Of a DNA stretch of 64,000 nucleotides, positions 62,950 to 64,000 are shown one piece after another; position 1 is the stretch's first letter, and each line of letters starts with the position of its first letter. Made by a program: the position numbers and the translations under genes. The stretch is from Callorhinchus milii. Taxonomy: Eukaryota. Below the pieces are notes generated by a model. The model worked only from the letters and a program-made list of their open reading frames with translations, was not told the DNA's origin and did no database searches. The stretch spans positions 60,080,001-60,144,000 of the forward strand of contig NW_024704742.1 of NCBI RefSeq assembly GCF_018977255.1. Direction: 5' to 3'.

Positions 62950-63638
62950 TCCTCAGCTTTTATTTCTCCCTCACACCCAGTCCTTCATCAAGGCCACCTT
63001 CCTTCATCTCTGCCATATTGCTTGCCTCCGTCCCTAACTCACATTCAATACCGCTGAAACACTCATTCACGCCTCCATCATATCCCAGTTAGACTTCCAA
63101 CGTACTCCTCGCTGGTCTTCCCCACTCCACAATTCACAAGTTGCAACTCATCCAAAACTCTAGCTCTCATATCCTCACTTACACCAAACTCTGTATCCAT
63201 GTATGCATCCAACTTGTTAACCCTTCACCCAAGTCTTCAGCAGTCTCCAGGGGCTCCCTGTTATCTCCTGGTGGATTCATTTTGAAGTCCTCACATTCAC
63301 CTACCTATAAATCCATCCATTGCCTAGTGCATCCTTATCTCTTCGATCTCCTTCTATCCTACCCCTCCACTCGCCCACACTGCTTAGCTAACACAGGCTT
63401 GCTGCACATTCCCCACCCTCTCCATGCCGCCACTGGCATCTGAACCTCCAGTTCCTTCTCCCAGACTTCAGTAACTGGATCCCTTGCCTCACCCACTCTT
63501 TCTTTCTTTGTCCTGTCTCAAATTCTACCTCTTTCAACAAGCCTATGACCGCCTCCCTCTCCTCTCTCCCTTTGTTTGCTGTCCAATCCATCCTTGTGAA
63601 GCACTAAGGGATGTTAACCTACACAATGCAAGTTGTTT
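62950..63638 (+). mobile_element. Old L2 3' region
   Basis: gctgaaacactcattcacgcc (AETLIHA), aagttgcaactcatccaaaactc (KLQLIQNS), ctataaatccatccat (YKSIH), tail gtgaagcactaagggatgtt...aatgcaagttgtt. Confidence 0.8.
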
Positions 63639-63745
63639 AAGAGATATGAATGTGTGAATAACAGGGTTTCGTAATCGTTATGAATAGAGCTAAATTATAG
63701 ATTTAAGTAGACAGCTGGATCTATTTTATAGTCACAGTTTGGATA

Positions 63746-63857
63746 AATAATAATAATAATCCTTGCATTTGATATAGCACTTTTCAAGTCTTCTAGACAT
63801 CTCAAAGCGCTTCACGGAATATGCTGTGAAGTGAATTGACTATATATTTGTGGGCAA
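63746..63857 (-). mobile_element. Deu-SINE 3' fragment
   Basis: aataataataataataatccttgcatttgatatagcac...aaagcgcttcacggaat...gtgaattgactatatatttgtgggc. Confidence 0.85.
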
Positions 63858-64000
63858 AAATTCATTATATTCGGATATTCAATGCTGAAGTTTAAAGGTC
63901 ACTTAACCTGTCGTCGGTTTCCAATCAAAGCCATTATTTCCCCACTGCTAGGTGACTGGGCACTGAGGCATGACTTTGCAGTGCCTTACTGAGTGCTTCC

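Noticed and set aside
1..64000. CRISPR-like array from the recurrent gctatatcaaatgcaaggattatt motif
   Set aside because: Copies are dispersed, on both strands and irregularly spaced; they are SINE 3' tails.

Overview
AT-rich eukaryotic (vertebrate) genomic DNA, not prokaryotic. The repeats are tRNA-headed Deu-domain SINEs with L2-type tails, abundant L2 and CR1 LINE fragments, an RTE remnant, AmnSINE2-like elements and GGG...CCC-ended MITEs. From recall of these families this fits a cartilaginous fish, most like a chimaera/elephant shark (inference, not verified). The window looks like a large intron or gene desert. Every ORF I can recognise is a decayed LINE ORF2 (APE endonuclease/reverse transcriptase), and I cannot identify any host protein-coding gene, tRNA, rRNA or CRISPR array. 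The most notable observations are: (1) two subfamilies of a modular SINE, the shorter of which has lost a 65-bp internal segment and carries a 3' stem-loop matching the youngest local L2; (2) an unclassified ~500-bp repeat present as five co-oriented copies; (3) many nested insertions and a rearranged L2; (4) a few repeat-free islands with exon- or promoter-like signals (3500-3534, 18648-19096, 23200-23815, 37280-37545). I do not see convincing evidence of a new biological system. Repeat boundaries were set by eye and are approximate.
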